Shown here in pieces: positions 24,145 through 31,369 of a stretch of DNA of 31,369 nt. Made by a program: the position numbers and the translations under genes. The notes beneath the pieces were generated by a model. The model had not been told where the DNA came from and searched no databases. It saw only the letters and a list, made by a program, of their open reading frames with translations. Source of the DNA: Candidatus Altimarinota bacterium. Lineage in GTDB: Bacteria > Patescibacteriota > Gracilibacteria > UBA4473. The first letter of the stretch is position 1, and each line of letters starts with the position of its first letter. The DNA lies in NCBI GenBank assembly GCA_018401175.1, contig JAGYLK010000048.1, positions 1 to 31,369 on the forward strand, in the 5' to 3' direction.

Positions 24145-25272
24145 TTAAAATCCCGCTTGATGTGCTGCTTCTTCGGTTTCAAAACAGCGAATCGGGTTTA
24201 ATCTCCGGTACCAGCTACTTTTTGGCGTATGAATTTTTCCACTTTTGGAAATTTTGATTGGGCAATTTTTGTCGATAGGCGGAACGAGTTTTTGTTCTTT
24301 TGAAAACAATTGCGCGGCACAATTGAGCCATGCTCCTTGAGGATTCTCATATATATTTGTTTGAATTTCCTTGAAAGATTCATTGAATTCTTCATCTTGT
24401 TCGGGGAAAGAAACTTTTCCAAATCCTTGCTCGATCATTATTTTGTTTATATGTTTCTTAGAGCGCATTTTTTTGGGATTCTCCTGAGTCCATACGTGAC
24501 GCAAAAGACAATATCCTTCATCCCATTGTGAAATATCTTGTGTGAACTCAATTTTTTTCCCGAGAACGAGCGAGGCAAGGAAATCCCTTGATTGTTCGCC
24601 AAAACATTTCTGTCCCTTTCGTGGATCAAGCGGGGATGGCGTTTCTACTCCGAGTAATCGAACGCAGAGTCCGTTTTCGAGGAGGATCTTATTTCCCTGT
24701 TCAACGGATTTGACCCGGCCAGTTGATATGGGAGCCAAAAACTGACCGTATTTTTTCTTCCATTTCTTTGTCATTACTCCTGCAATTTTCCTCTTATATT
24801 GACTTATTTTTTGCATTTCAGATTGTCCCCAAATGCCAACTTTTTGTTCCCGGGCGATTTTTTCTGCCTGTTGAAATTTGCTGTCAAACAGAGTATTAGG
24901 TGATTGTGATTGAAATTTTCCAAATCCTTTGCGAATCAATACTTCCACGAGGTTTTCTCCATTCTCAAGTTTTATATGTCGAGGAAATATATTATTTTGA
25001 GAATCACTTGTGTCTTTGAGGATTTTTATCGATTGTGTTTCAAAAATCATCTTTAATAATCGAAAGGTTCTTCTGGCGGTTCCTCGTTCTTTTAAGCTGG
25101 GGAAAAGGTGATTAGGACCATCAAATCCTATAAGTTTTATGACTCTTCCGTCGGCAAGAAGAGCATGTTCGGTATCAATAGCGCGCATCACCTTTGCCTT
25201 TTCCCAGTCAAGAGCGGTGGCGTGAGAAAGGAGAAAGAAGCAAAAAAGAAGACAGATAAGTGTTTTTTTCAT
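24145..25272 (-). CDS. Secreted protein with two thermonuclease (SNase)-like domains and a C-terminal Ada-like metal-binding domain
   Basis: Signal peptide; IKLIGFDGP and VRLLGVETP SNase cores; INKIMIEQGFGK; CPIKISKSGKIH...RCFETEEAAHQAGF. Confidence 0.8.
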   Translation of the reverse strand: MKKTLICLLFCFFLLSHATALDWEKAKVMRAIDTEHALLADGRVIKLIGFDGPNHLFPSLKERGTARRTFRLLKMIFETQSIKILKDTSDSQNNIFPRHIKLENGENLVEVLIRKGFGKFQSQSPNTLFDSKFQQAEKIAREQKVGIWGQSEMQKISQYKRKIAGVMTKKWKKKYGQFLAPISTGRVKSVEQGNKILLENGLCVRLLGVETPSPLDPRKGQKCFGEQSRDFLASLVLGKKIEFTQDISQWDEGYCLLRHVWTQENPKKMRSKKHINKIMIEQGFGKVSFPEQDEEFNESFKEIQTNIYENPQGAWLNCAAQLFSKEQKLVPPIDKNCPIKISKSGKIHTPKSSWYRRLNPIRCFETEEAAHQAGF

Positions 25273-25364
25273 GGTAAAAAAACTTTCTGAGAGTTACAAA
25301 AAATTGTCAAAAAAAATATTTTTAGTACCCTTCGCTCGTAACTTTTTCCTAAAGAGATAGAAAA

Positions 25365-26612
25365 ATGGCAGAATACAAAGCAATTTCCGGATCACGTGTA
25401 GAATTTCAACTTGAAATTTCTGAAGAAGCGATTAAAAAAGCACACAAAAGCGCCCTTGACTCATTCCGTAAGAATGTTGCAGTGAAGGGGTTTCGAAAGG
25501 GTCATGCCCCAGATGAAGTCGTAATGCAGGCAGTTGGAATCGAACGAATTTCGTATGAAGCCATGAACAGGGCAATTGATATGGAATATCGGAATTTTCT
25601 TACCCAAAATAATATTTCTCCCGTGAGTCAGCCACAGGTTGACGTCAAGGATTGGGAAAAGAAGCCCTTGTCGGTAAAATGTGTAGTAGAAGTTTATCCG
25701 GAAGTGAAATTAGGAGATTTTAAGAATATAAAAATTCCTTCGAAGGAAATAAAGGTAGAAGACAAAGAGTTAGATGAAGTTATTGCGACAGTTATGTCTG
25801 ATGCACAATTGGGAACGAAAGTGGATCGAGCAGCGAAAAAAGGAGATATTGTCGTGATTGATTTCTTGGGACGAGCCAAAGATGGTTCGGTTTTACCACG
25901 GACAGATGGCAAAGATCAACGTGTGCGATTGGGGATGGGGCATTTTCTAGAGGATTTGGAAAAGGGAATTATGGGCATGAAAGCAGGAGAAGAGAAGAAA
26001 GATATAAAAGTAAAGTTTCCGAAGGATTATCATTCGTCAGATATGGCTGGGAAAACAGTTCCTTTTGAAGTGAAACTTCATGCGGTTGAAGAACTTGATG
26101 TAAAGAATTTTGATGCAGCAATGATTGAAAAAGTAACGGGGCAAAAAAAGACACTCACGCAATTTCGAGAGGATTTGAAAAATATGATTGAGACCAATAA
26201 AACGCAAGCAGAGAAAAAAAAGAAAATAGAGGAATATCAAGAGAAATTGGTGAAAATGACGAAATGTGAATTGCCGGAGAGTTGGATTTTGGGAGAAGTA
26301 CAGGCTCGTCTTGATCGAATTAAGCAATCTCCTCAATTTCAACATGATCCAGAAGCCTTTTGGAAACAGATGGGGAAAACTGAGGAAGATTTGAAAAAAG
26401 AATTTCGATCTGCCTCCGAAGAAAGCTTGAAATCATATTTAGCGCTTGTGGAAGCAGTGAAGCAATCAGAAACGACACTTACTCCTAAAGAAGAAAAAGA
26501 AGCGGAGCACGAGGCTTCTCATGCTCCAGAACACGTGTCAAAGGGACAGGCTTTTGAAAAGGCACTCTTGAGTCGAAAAATTGACAAGTTCCTTGATCAG
26601 GCGGTATCCTAA
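25365..26612 (+). CDS. tig: Trigger factor
   Basis: Ribosome-binding signature VKGFRKGHAP, VEVYPEVKLGD, FKBP domain (GDIVVIDF, FPKDYH..MAGK..FEVKLH). Confidence 0.96.
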   Translation: MAEYKAISGSRVEFQLEISEEAIKKAHKSALDSFRKNVAVKGFRKGHAPDEVVMQAVGIERISYEAMNRAIDMEYRNFLTQNNISPVSQPQVDVKDWEKKPLSVKCVVEVYPEVKLGDFKNIKIPSKEIKVEDKELDEVIATVMSDAQLGTKVDRAAKKGDIVVIDFLGRAKDGSVLPRTDGKDQRVRLGMGHFLEDLEKGIMGMKAGEEKKDIKVKFPKDYHSSDMAGKTVPFEVKLHAVEELDVKNFDAAMIEKVTGQKKTLTQFREDLKNMIETNKTQAEKKKKIEEYQEKLVKMTKCELPESWILGEVQARLDRIKQSPQFQHDPEAFWKQMGKTEEDLKKEFRSASEESLKSYLALVEAVKQSETTLTPKEEKEAEHEASHAPEHVSKGQAFEKALLSRKIDKFLDQAVS

Positions 26613-26617
26613 ACAGG

Positions 26618-26851
26618 ATGAAAAAAGTTTTCTTTTCGCTTTCGGGAATAGCAACACTTGTTGCATTGATTATATGCTTTCAGAATATTGCTATTTCTGC
26701 GCAAATAGGAATTTTCTTTGGAGGAGGAAATCAATCATTATTTTGGCCGTTAGCCTTCTTGTTTTTCCTTGGGGCTGTAGCGGGATTTTTTCTCTCTTTG
26801 GCATTCACCGCAAAAGAAGAAGTTCCACGTGATGTAGGAAGTGATTTCTAA
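26618..26851 (+). CDS. Small two-TM membrane protein (LapA/DUF1049-like)
   Basis: ICFQN after TM1, second TM LAFLFFLGAVAGFFL; 5 nt after tig. Confidence 0.65.
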   Translation: MKKVFFSLSGIATLVALIICFQNIAISAQIGIFFGGGNQSLFWPLAFLFFLGAVAGFFLSLAFTAKEEVPRDVGSDF

Positions 26852-26878
26852 AAAAAAAGATTCTTTTTTTTTAAACAA

Positions 26879-26902
26879 GAGTATCCCTCGGATGCTCCTT
26901 TT
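26879..26902 (+). terminator. Possible terminator of the tig operon
   Basis: GAGTATCC-CTC-GGATGCTC then CTTTT. Confidence 0.5.
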
Positions 26903-26914
26903 AGGCTTTTTTTT

Positions 26915-26965
26915 GTGTACAAAATTTGTTCACTCCTGTGTGTGTTGATACCAAAATTTGTTCAA
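26915..26965. promoter_or_regulatory. Tandem operator-like sites upstream of the wHTH gene
   Basis: CAAAATTTGTTCA at 26920-26932 and 26952-26964; first copy lies in near-palindrome GTGTACAAAATTTGTTCAC. Confidence 0.4.
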
Positions 26966-27113
26966 TAAGGGTGTTTTTTGTGAACGTGCTAAAAAAAATG
27001 TTTCAAAAGAAACCGCTTCTGGTGCGGGGTCAATGAATTTTCCACAAAAAAAATTTGACGAAAATGAAGAAATCGAATACGTTTTTTGTACCAGACATTT
27101 CTGTGCAAAAAAA

Positions 27114-27689
27114 ATGCTCAAAAAGATTTTTGGCTCCGGCGCACGAGTGAAGCTCTTTCGACAGTTTTTGTTGAATCCCAAAGAAGAATTTTTTATCAGA
27201 GAATTGACACGAATTCTAGATGAGCAAATAAACTCATTGCGACGAGAACTCGAGAATCTTGAAAAAATAGGAATGTTAAAATCTTCAGAACGCAATAGAA
27301 AAAAATATTATCGTTTGAATCCACATTGTCCTATTTTGTCAGAATTGACATCAATTATTCGAAAAAATGAAAAGTCATATATGACGTTACTTCAAAAAAT
27401 GTCAAAATTAGGTGGAATTGATATTTTGATTTTGGGAGGACAATTTATTGGAAAAGAGGCAAGTGTAGATATGTTTCTTGTGGGAGACATAAAAAAAGAA
27501 GCAATGGCGTCATTTGTTGAAGAGGAATTTTCTGATCAACAAATCAAATTTTCAATTATGCCACGCGAAGACTTTTTATATCGAATGACATTGAAAGATA
27601 AATTTGTAAAAACAATTTTTGAAGAACGAGAAAATATTATTTTGAAGAATAAATTGAAGAAGGATACAGAGCCATTATTTGTGTTTTAA
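27114..27689 (+). CDS. Winged-HTH (ArsR-like) protein fused to a nucleotidyltransferase-like C-terminal domain
   Basis: FGSGARVKLF, FFIRELTR..INSLRRELENLEKIG, KYYRLN; C-terminal LILGGQFI..VDMFLVGD; start ATG 27114. Confidence 0.75.
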   Translation: MLKKIFGSGARVKLFRQFLLNPKEEFFIRELTRILDEQINSLRRELENLEKIGMLKSSERNRKKYYRLNPHCPILSELTSIIRKNEKSYMTLLQKMSKLGGIDILILGGQFIGKEASVDMFLVGDIKKEAMASFVEEEFSDQQIKFSIMPREDFLYRMTLKDKFVKTIFEERENIILKNKLKKDTEPLFVF

Positions 27690-27697
27690 TGGAGTCC

Positions 27698-27726
27698 AAA
27701 AGTTTAAAAGTCAAAAAGTCGAAAAG
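27698..27726. repeat. 8-bp-period AAAAGT micro-array
   Basis: AAAAG(T) at 27698, 27706, 27714, 27722. Confidence 0.6.
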
Positions 27727-27802
27727 AAATAGTTTCAATTGGTTTTGTTCTTGTGAGTCTTTTTGCTTGTCAGTCCCTGTCAAAAACTGTTATAAAAAAA
27801 AC

Positions 27803-27830
27803 TTGCGCTCCTTACGTTTTCCGGTAAAGT
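27803..27830 (+). promoter_or_regulatory. rplS promoter; short leader holds a TCGC-TTCG-GCGA hairpin
   Basis: TTGCGC-N16-TAAAGT, 41 nt before ATG 27872. Confidence 0.5.
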
Positions 27831-27871
27831 ACGCGCGGTTCGCTTCGGCGAGAATATAAAATTACACGAAC

Positions 27872-28417
27872 ATGTCGCTTTTGATCCAGAAATTCGCTCA
27901 CAAGTTTTGTAAAGATTCTGTGCCAGACTTACGTCCAGGAATGATTGTGAAAGTTCATCAAAAAATTATCGAGGGAAATAAAACTCGTATTCAAATTTTT
28001 CAGGGAACGGTTATTGCGGTTAATCCAGGGCACAATGTAGATGCTACATTTACCGTTCGAAAAATTTCAGAAGGAGTTGGTGTTGAAAAAGTATTTCCAT
28101 TTCATTCACCAAATGTTGTAAAGATTGATGTGGATCGTGCTCAAAAAGTACGTCGTGCAAAATTAAACTTTTTGCGAGATCGAAGTGGAAAAGCACTTCG
28201 TTTGAAAGAGGTTGAATTAAAATTGAATCATAATGAGTTTGAAAAAGTAGAACCAAAAGTTGCTGAGGAAGCACCTGTTGTTGAAGAGGCAGTAGTTGAA
28301 GAACCAAAGAAAGAAGAGGTTGTTGCAGAAGCCCCAGTAGTTGAAGAAAAAGTTGAGGAGAAGAAATCAGACTCGGCTGAAGCTACGACTGACAAGGAAG
28401 AGAAAGCAGCCGAATAG
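27872..28417 (+). CDS. rplS: 50S ribosomal protein L19 with an acidic low-complexity C-terminal tail
   Basis: PDLRPGMIVKVH.KIIEGNKTRIQIFQGTVIA, TFTVRKISEGVGVEKVFP.HSP, VRRAKLNFLRDRSGK. Confidence 0.97.
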   Translation: MSLLIQKFAHKFCKDSVPDLRPGMIVKVHQKIIEGNKTRIQIFQGTVIAVNPGHNVDATFTVRKISEGVGVEKVFPFHSPNVVKIDVDRAQKVRRAKLNFLRDRSGKALRLKEVELKLNHNEFEKVEPKVAEEAPVVEEAVVEEPKKEEVVAEAPVVEEKVEEKKSDSAEATTDKEEKAAE

Positions 28418-28441
28418 TTTTGCTCCCAAATATTGAAATTT

Positions 28442-28466
28442 AAAATCTCGCGGAAGCGGGATTTTT
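28442..28466 (+). terminator. rplS terminator
   Basis: AAAATCTCGC-GGAA-GCGGGATTTTT. Confidence 0.8.
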
Positions 28467-28539
28467 GGTATAGGTATTGAATATTATTGACAATTTTTTT
28501 TTATAATTTATACATGTATTAAATTAATTTCTTTTAATT

Positions 28540-28812
28540 ATGGGAAACGAGCAATACAGAAATACTACAGGACATGAAAAGGGAGGAGATATTAATGTTT
28601 CTAAAAAAATAAAAGCAATTGTATCAGCTCAATTAGAGATTCAACCTCAAGAATTAGCAATGGAACTATTTGAAAAAAGAAAAAAAGAACTTTCTAATAA
28701 TCCGTTACTTTTAGTGATGATATTTTCTGATATTTTGGCAAAAGTAAAAAAATTGATTGGGAAAGGTATGACCGCGGAGGAGATAAAGGCATCAGAGAAG
28801 ATTAAGTTTTAG
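28540..28812 (+). CDS. AT-rich hypothetical protein (90 aa)
   Basis: Fills the gap between the rplS terminator and the carB stop; AT-rich promoter-like upstream (TTGACA at 28487); no family recognised. Confidence 0.55.
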   Translation: MGNEQYRNTTGHEKGGDINVSKKIKAIVSAQLEIQPQELAMELFEKRKKELSNNPLLLVMIFSDILAKVKKLIGKGMTAEEIKASEKIKF

Positions 28813-28930
28813 AAAAAAATGGAACAAAAATAGAAGTATTGTGGAAGAGATATTTTTTGTATCATCCCCCAGAATCAAAACAATGCTTTTTCCTTCTTTG
28901 GTTAAGAGGGAATTGATATGCATGATATCT

Positions 28931-30586
28931 TTACTTCACATCAAACTTTTCTCCCAAATACGTCGTATAGAGGTAATTTGTCTGAGCAGGAAACTCAGCA
29001 GCCAATGTGTCCACCTGTTTGGCTACCGGAATAATGTTCCATTTTTTACGTAATTCGCGTATTTCGTTTTCGGTACTGTTCATTCGTTCGGCAATTTCTC
29101 TGTCGCTGAATCCAAGAATTTTTGCTTTTCTTAGCAATTCTTTGTCTAAGTTTTTGGCTTCATCTAGCTCACGAGCAAATACGGCGATTCGGTCGAGTTG
29201 TTGTAAAAACCAATGATCGATTTTGGTCATTTCCCAAATCTTCTCAACATCAAACTTTTCCCGATACAACGCATGTGCAATAGCGAAAAGTCGGCGTGGG
29301 GAAGCGACGCGAATGGCATCTTCAATTTCTGCATCTGTTCGAAATTCAAGAGGAGAGTTCAGTATTCCGTGAGCCCCAATCGCGAGCATGCGAACGGCTT
29401 TTTGTACCACCTCGGGGAAATTTCGTCCCAGCGCCATTACTTCACCAACTGATTTCATTTCCGTGGCGATTTCATGACTGACTTTTCTGAATTTCTGCAA
29501 GTCCCAACGAGGAATTTTTAGCGCTACATAATCGAGTGCTGGTTCAAAGAACGCCGTTGTTTTGAGAGTAATAGCGTTTGGAATGTCAGGAAGTGATTTT
29601 CCAAGCATTATTTCTGCGGCAACGGCGGCGAGTGGATATCCAGAAGCTTTTGATGCGAGCGCAGAACTTCGACTAAGTCGTGCATTTACCTCAATAACAC
29701 GATATTCAGTATCATCTTTGGGATTGAGTGCGTATTGAATATTACATTCTCCAATAATGCCGAGATGGCGAATAGTTTTAATCGCGACGGTTCGGAGCAT
29801 TTGATATTCTCGATTTGCCATCGTTACGGAAGGGCTGATAACAATTGATTCTCCAGTATGAATTCCGAGCGGATCGAAGTTTTCCATATTCACAACCGTT
29901 ATACAGTTGTCCTGTCCATCGCGGACCACCTCGTATTCAATTTCTTTCCATCCACGTAAATCTTCTTCGACTAACACTTGAGGAGAGAAGGCGAATGCTT
30001 CTTTCACCATTTTGGGAAAATCTTCGCGTCGTTCACAAAATCCAGATCCCTTGCCTCCGAGTGCAAATCCAGCACGCATAATAAGTGGGAATCCTATTTT
30101 TTCGGCAGCTTTTATCGCGTCTTCTTTGTTATATGCAGCAATAGATCGAGGGGTGAGGACGTTTATTTCATTTAATTTTTTCACAAAAATTTCACGATCT
30201 TCCGTTGATTCGATAACACTTACAGGCGTTCCGAGTACAGTGATTCCAAATTTTTTCAAAATTCCAGATTTCTCAAGAGCAAGTCCACAATTTAACGCCG
30301 TTTGTCCACCAAAAGAAAGTGCAAGTGCCTCAGGTTTTTCTTGCGTGATAATTTTTACTACAAAATCCGGTGTCACGGGAGCAAAATAGACTTTATTTGC
30401 TCCGCAGAAAGTCGGGTCATTTTTTACCCATTCGGGATCAGTTTGTACGGTGGCGATGTTTGGATTAATGAGAATTACTTCGTGCCCGGCTTTCTTGAAT
30501 GTTTTGATTGCTTGAGAACCAGAGTAATCAAATTCGCCGGCCTCCCCAATTTTTAATGCTCCCGATCCCAAGAGAAGTATTTTCAT
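28931..30586 (-). CDS. carB: Carbamoyl-phosphate synthase large subunit, N-terminal half only (carboxyphosphate ATP-grasp + oligomerisation domain)
   Basis: LGSGALKIGEAGEFDYSGSQA, FGGQTALN, WKEIEYEVVRD, ENFDPLGIHTGES, IEVNARLSRSSALASKASGYP, ends PAQTNYLYTTY; 551 aa. Confidence 0.93.
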   Translation of the reverse strand: MKILLLGSGALKIGEAGEFDYSGSQAIKTFKKAGHEVILINPNIATVQTDPEWVKNDPTFCGANKVYFAPVTPDFVVKIITQEKPEALALSFGGQTALNCGLALEKSGILKKFGITVLGTPVSVIESTEDREIFVKKLNEINVLTPRSIAAYNKEDAIKAAEKIGFPLIMRAGFALGGKGSGFCERREDFPKMVKEAFAFSPQVLVEEDLRGWKEIEYEVVRDGQDNCITVVNMENFDPLGIHTGESIVISPSVTMANREYQMLRTVAIKTIRHLGIIGECNIQYALNPKDDTEYRVIEVNARLSRSSALASKASGYPLAAVAAEIMLGKSLPDIPNAITLKTTAFFEPALDYVALKIPRWDLQKFRKVSHEIATEMKSVGEVMALGRNFPEVVQKAVRMLAIGAHGILNSPLEFRTDAEIEDAIRVASPRRLFAIAHALYREKFDVEKIWEMTKIDHWFLQQLDRIAVFARELDEAKNLDKELLRKAKILGFSDREIAERMNSTENEIRELRKKWNIIPVAKQVDTLAAEFPAQTNYLYTTYLGEKFDVK

Positions 30587-30591
30587 TGTTT

Positions 30592-30684
30592 TTATTTGGT
30601 AATATTTTTCTTTATTGCGGTACGGCTCGGCAATCCTGCTTCTCCGATTTTGAGAGCGCCAGAACCGAGGAGGAGGATTTTCAT
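30592..30684 (-). pseudogene. 30-aa mini-ORF whose first 17 codons are a synonymously recoded copy of the CarB N-terminus
   Basis: MKILLLGSGALKIGEAG-LPSRTAIKKNITK*; begins 2 nt after the carA stop and ends 5 nt before the carB ATG. Confidence 0.85.
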
Positions 30685-30686
30685 TT

Positions 30687-31369
30687 TTATAACTGTTTTA
30701 CAAATTCATCAAACAAGTACTCTGCATCTTCTGGTCCAGCACATGCTTCTGGGTGAAATTGTGTTGCAGAAATGGGTAACGTTTTATGTCGAATTCCTTC
30801 CACACTTCCATCATTCAGATTTTCAAACCAAACTTCCCAGTCTTTGTTCAGTGATTTTTCATCAACCATAAATCCATGATTCTGTGTCGTGATTAAGCAA
30901 CGACCAGATTGTTTGTCTCGCACGGGTTGGTTCACCCCGCGATGTCCGTATTTCATTTTTTTCGTTTTCCCACCAGACGCAAGTCCGAGCATCTGACATC
31001 CGAGACAAATTCCGAATGTCGGAACTTTTCGGTGAATTGCTTCCCGTGCAATTTCAATAGTTTCTCGCATTGTTTCTGGATCTCCGGGACCATTGGAAAG
31101 AAAAATTCCATCAAATTTTTCATTTAATTCAAATGGGTTTTGATCAAACGGAACCCGAATAATGCGGATTCCACGTTTGAGAAAATTTCGAAAAATCCCA
31201 TTTTTTGCTCCACAATCAAGGAAGGCAACAGTTTTTCCAATAGGATGTTCTGGTTCCATGATTTCCATTACTTGTGGACTCACTGATGGTACAAATCGTC
31301 CATTGAGCTCGTCGGTATACCTTTTGTCAGCTCGTTTTCCGATTTTTCCCAACACGGTTCCGTGTTCTC
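30687..31369 (-). CDS. carA: Carbamoyl-phosphate synthase small subunit (partial, 5' end beyond window)
   Basis: LDCGAK, LSNGPGDP, GICLGCQ (catalytic Cys), GHRGVNQPV, TQNHGF, QFHPEA; frame open to window edge. Confidence 0.95.
   Translation of the reverse strand, partial: EHGTVLGKIGKRADKRYTDELNGRFVPSVSPQVMEIMEPEHPIGKTVAFLDCGAKNGIFRNFLKRGIRIIRVPFDQNPFELNEKFDGIFLSNGPGDPETMRETIEIAREAIHRKVPTFGICLGCQMLGLASGGKTKKMKYGHRGVNQPVRDKQSGRCLITTQNHGFMVDEKSLNKDWEVWFENLNDGSVEGIRHKTLPISATQFHPEACAGPEDAEYLFDEFVKQL

Noticed and set aside
1-31369. Genetic code 25 (TGA=Gly) as in Gracilibacteria/Absconditabacteria
   Set aside because: Conserved genes read through without in-frame TGA, and several end at TGA exactly where homologues end or in ATGA overlaps (7999, 9752, 19078, 22392).
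1-31369. CRISPR array, tRNA, rRNA, DGR or integrase
   Set aside because: No repeat-spacer periodicity, cloverleaf, rRNA motif, reverse transcriptase or recombinase ORF seen; the short repeats found are palindromes or 7/8-bp micro-arrays.

Overview
Housekeeping-rich chromosomal segment of a bacterium whose gene content and style resemble Patescibacteria/CPR (stand-alone VirB4-like ATPase, short HrcA, orphan solute-binding lipoprotein, wHTH-nucleotidyltransferase-like protein, L19 with an acidic tail, few Shine-Dalgarno motifs). The lineage is an inference. TGA acts as a stop (priA, proS, hrcA, ATGA overlaps), so code 11 applies, not code 25. Recognisable genes: virB4-like, hrcA, priA, fmt, yggS, nadK, hppA, pgk, gatB, folC, rnhA, proS, tig, rplS, an N-terminal-half carB and a partial carA. 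No rRNA, tRNA or CRISPR array was found. Most unusual signals: (1) a synonymously recoded duplicate of the first 17 codons of carB directly behind carA; (2) a Y1 HUH (RAYT/IS200-like) transposase inside the proS-rnhA run with three 24-bp palindromes, each exactly in codon phase within folC, rnhA and the transposase itself; (3) a divergent IF-1-like small protein with its own near-consensus promoter; (4) a recurrent '-10 box, 7-9 nt, ATG' layout suggesting leaderless mRNAs; (5) a 720-bp intergenic region with two candidate structured RNAs; (6) an acyltransferase-fold ORF with a broken HX4D motif; (7) REP-like doublets and phased 7/8-bp micro-arrays.
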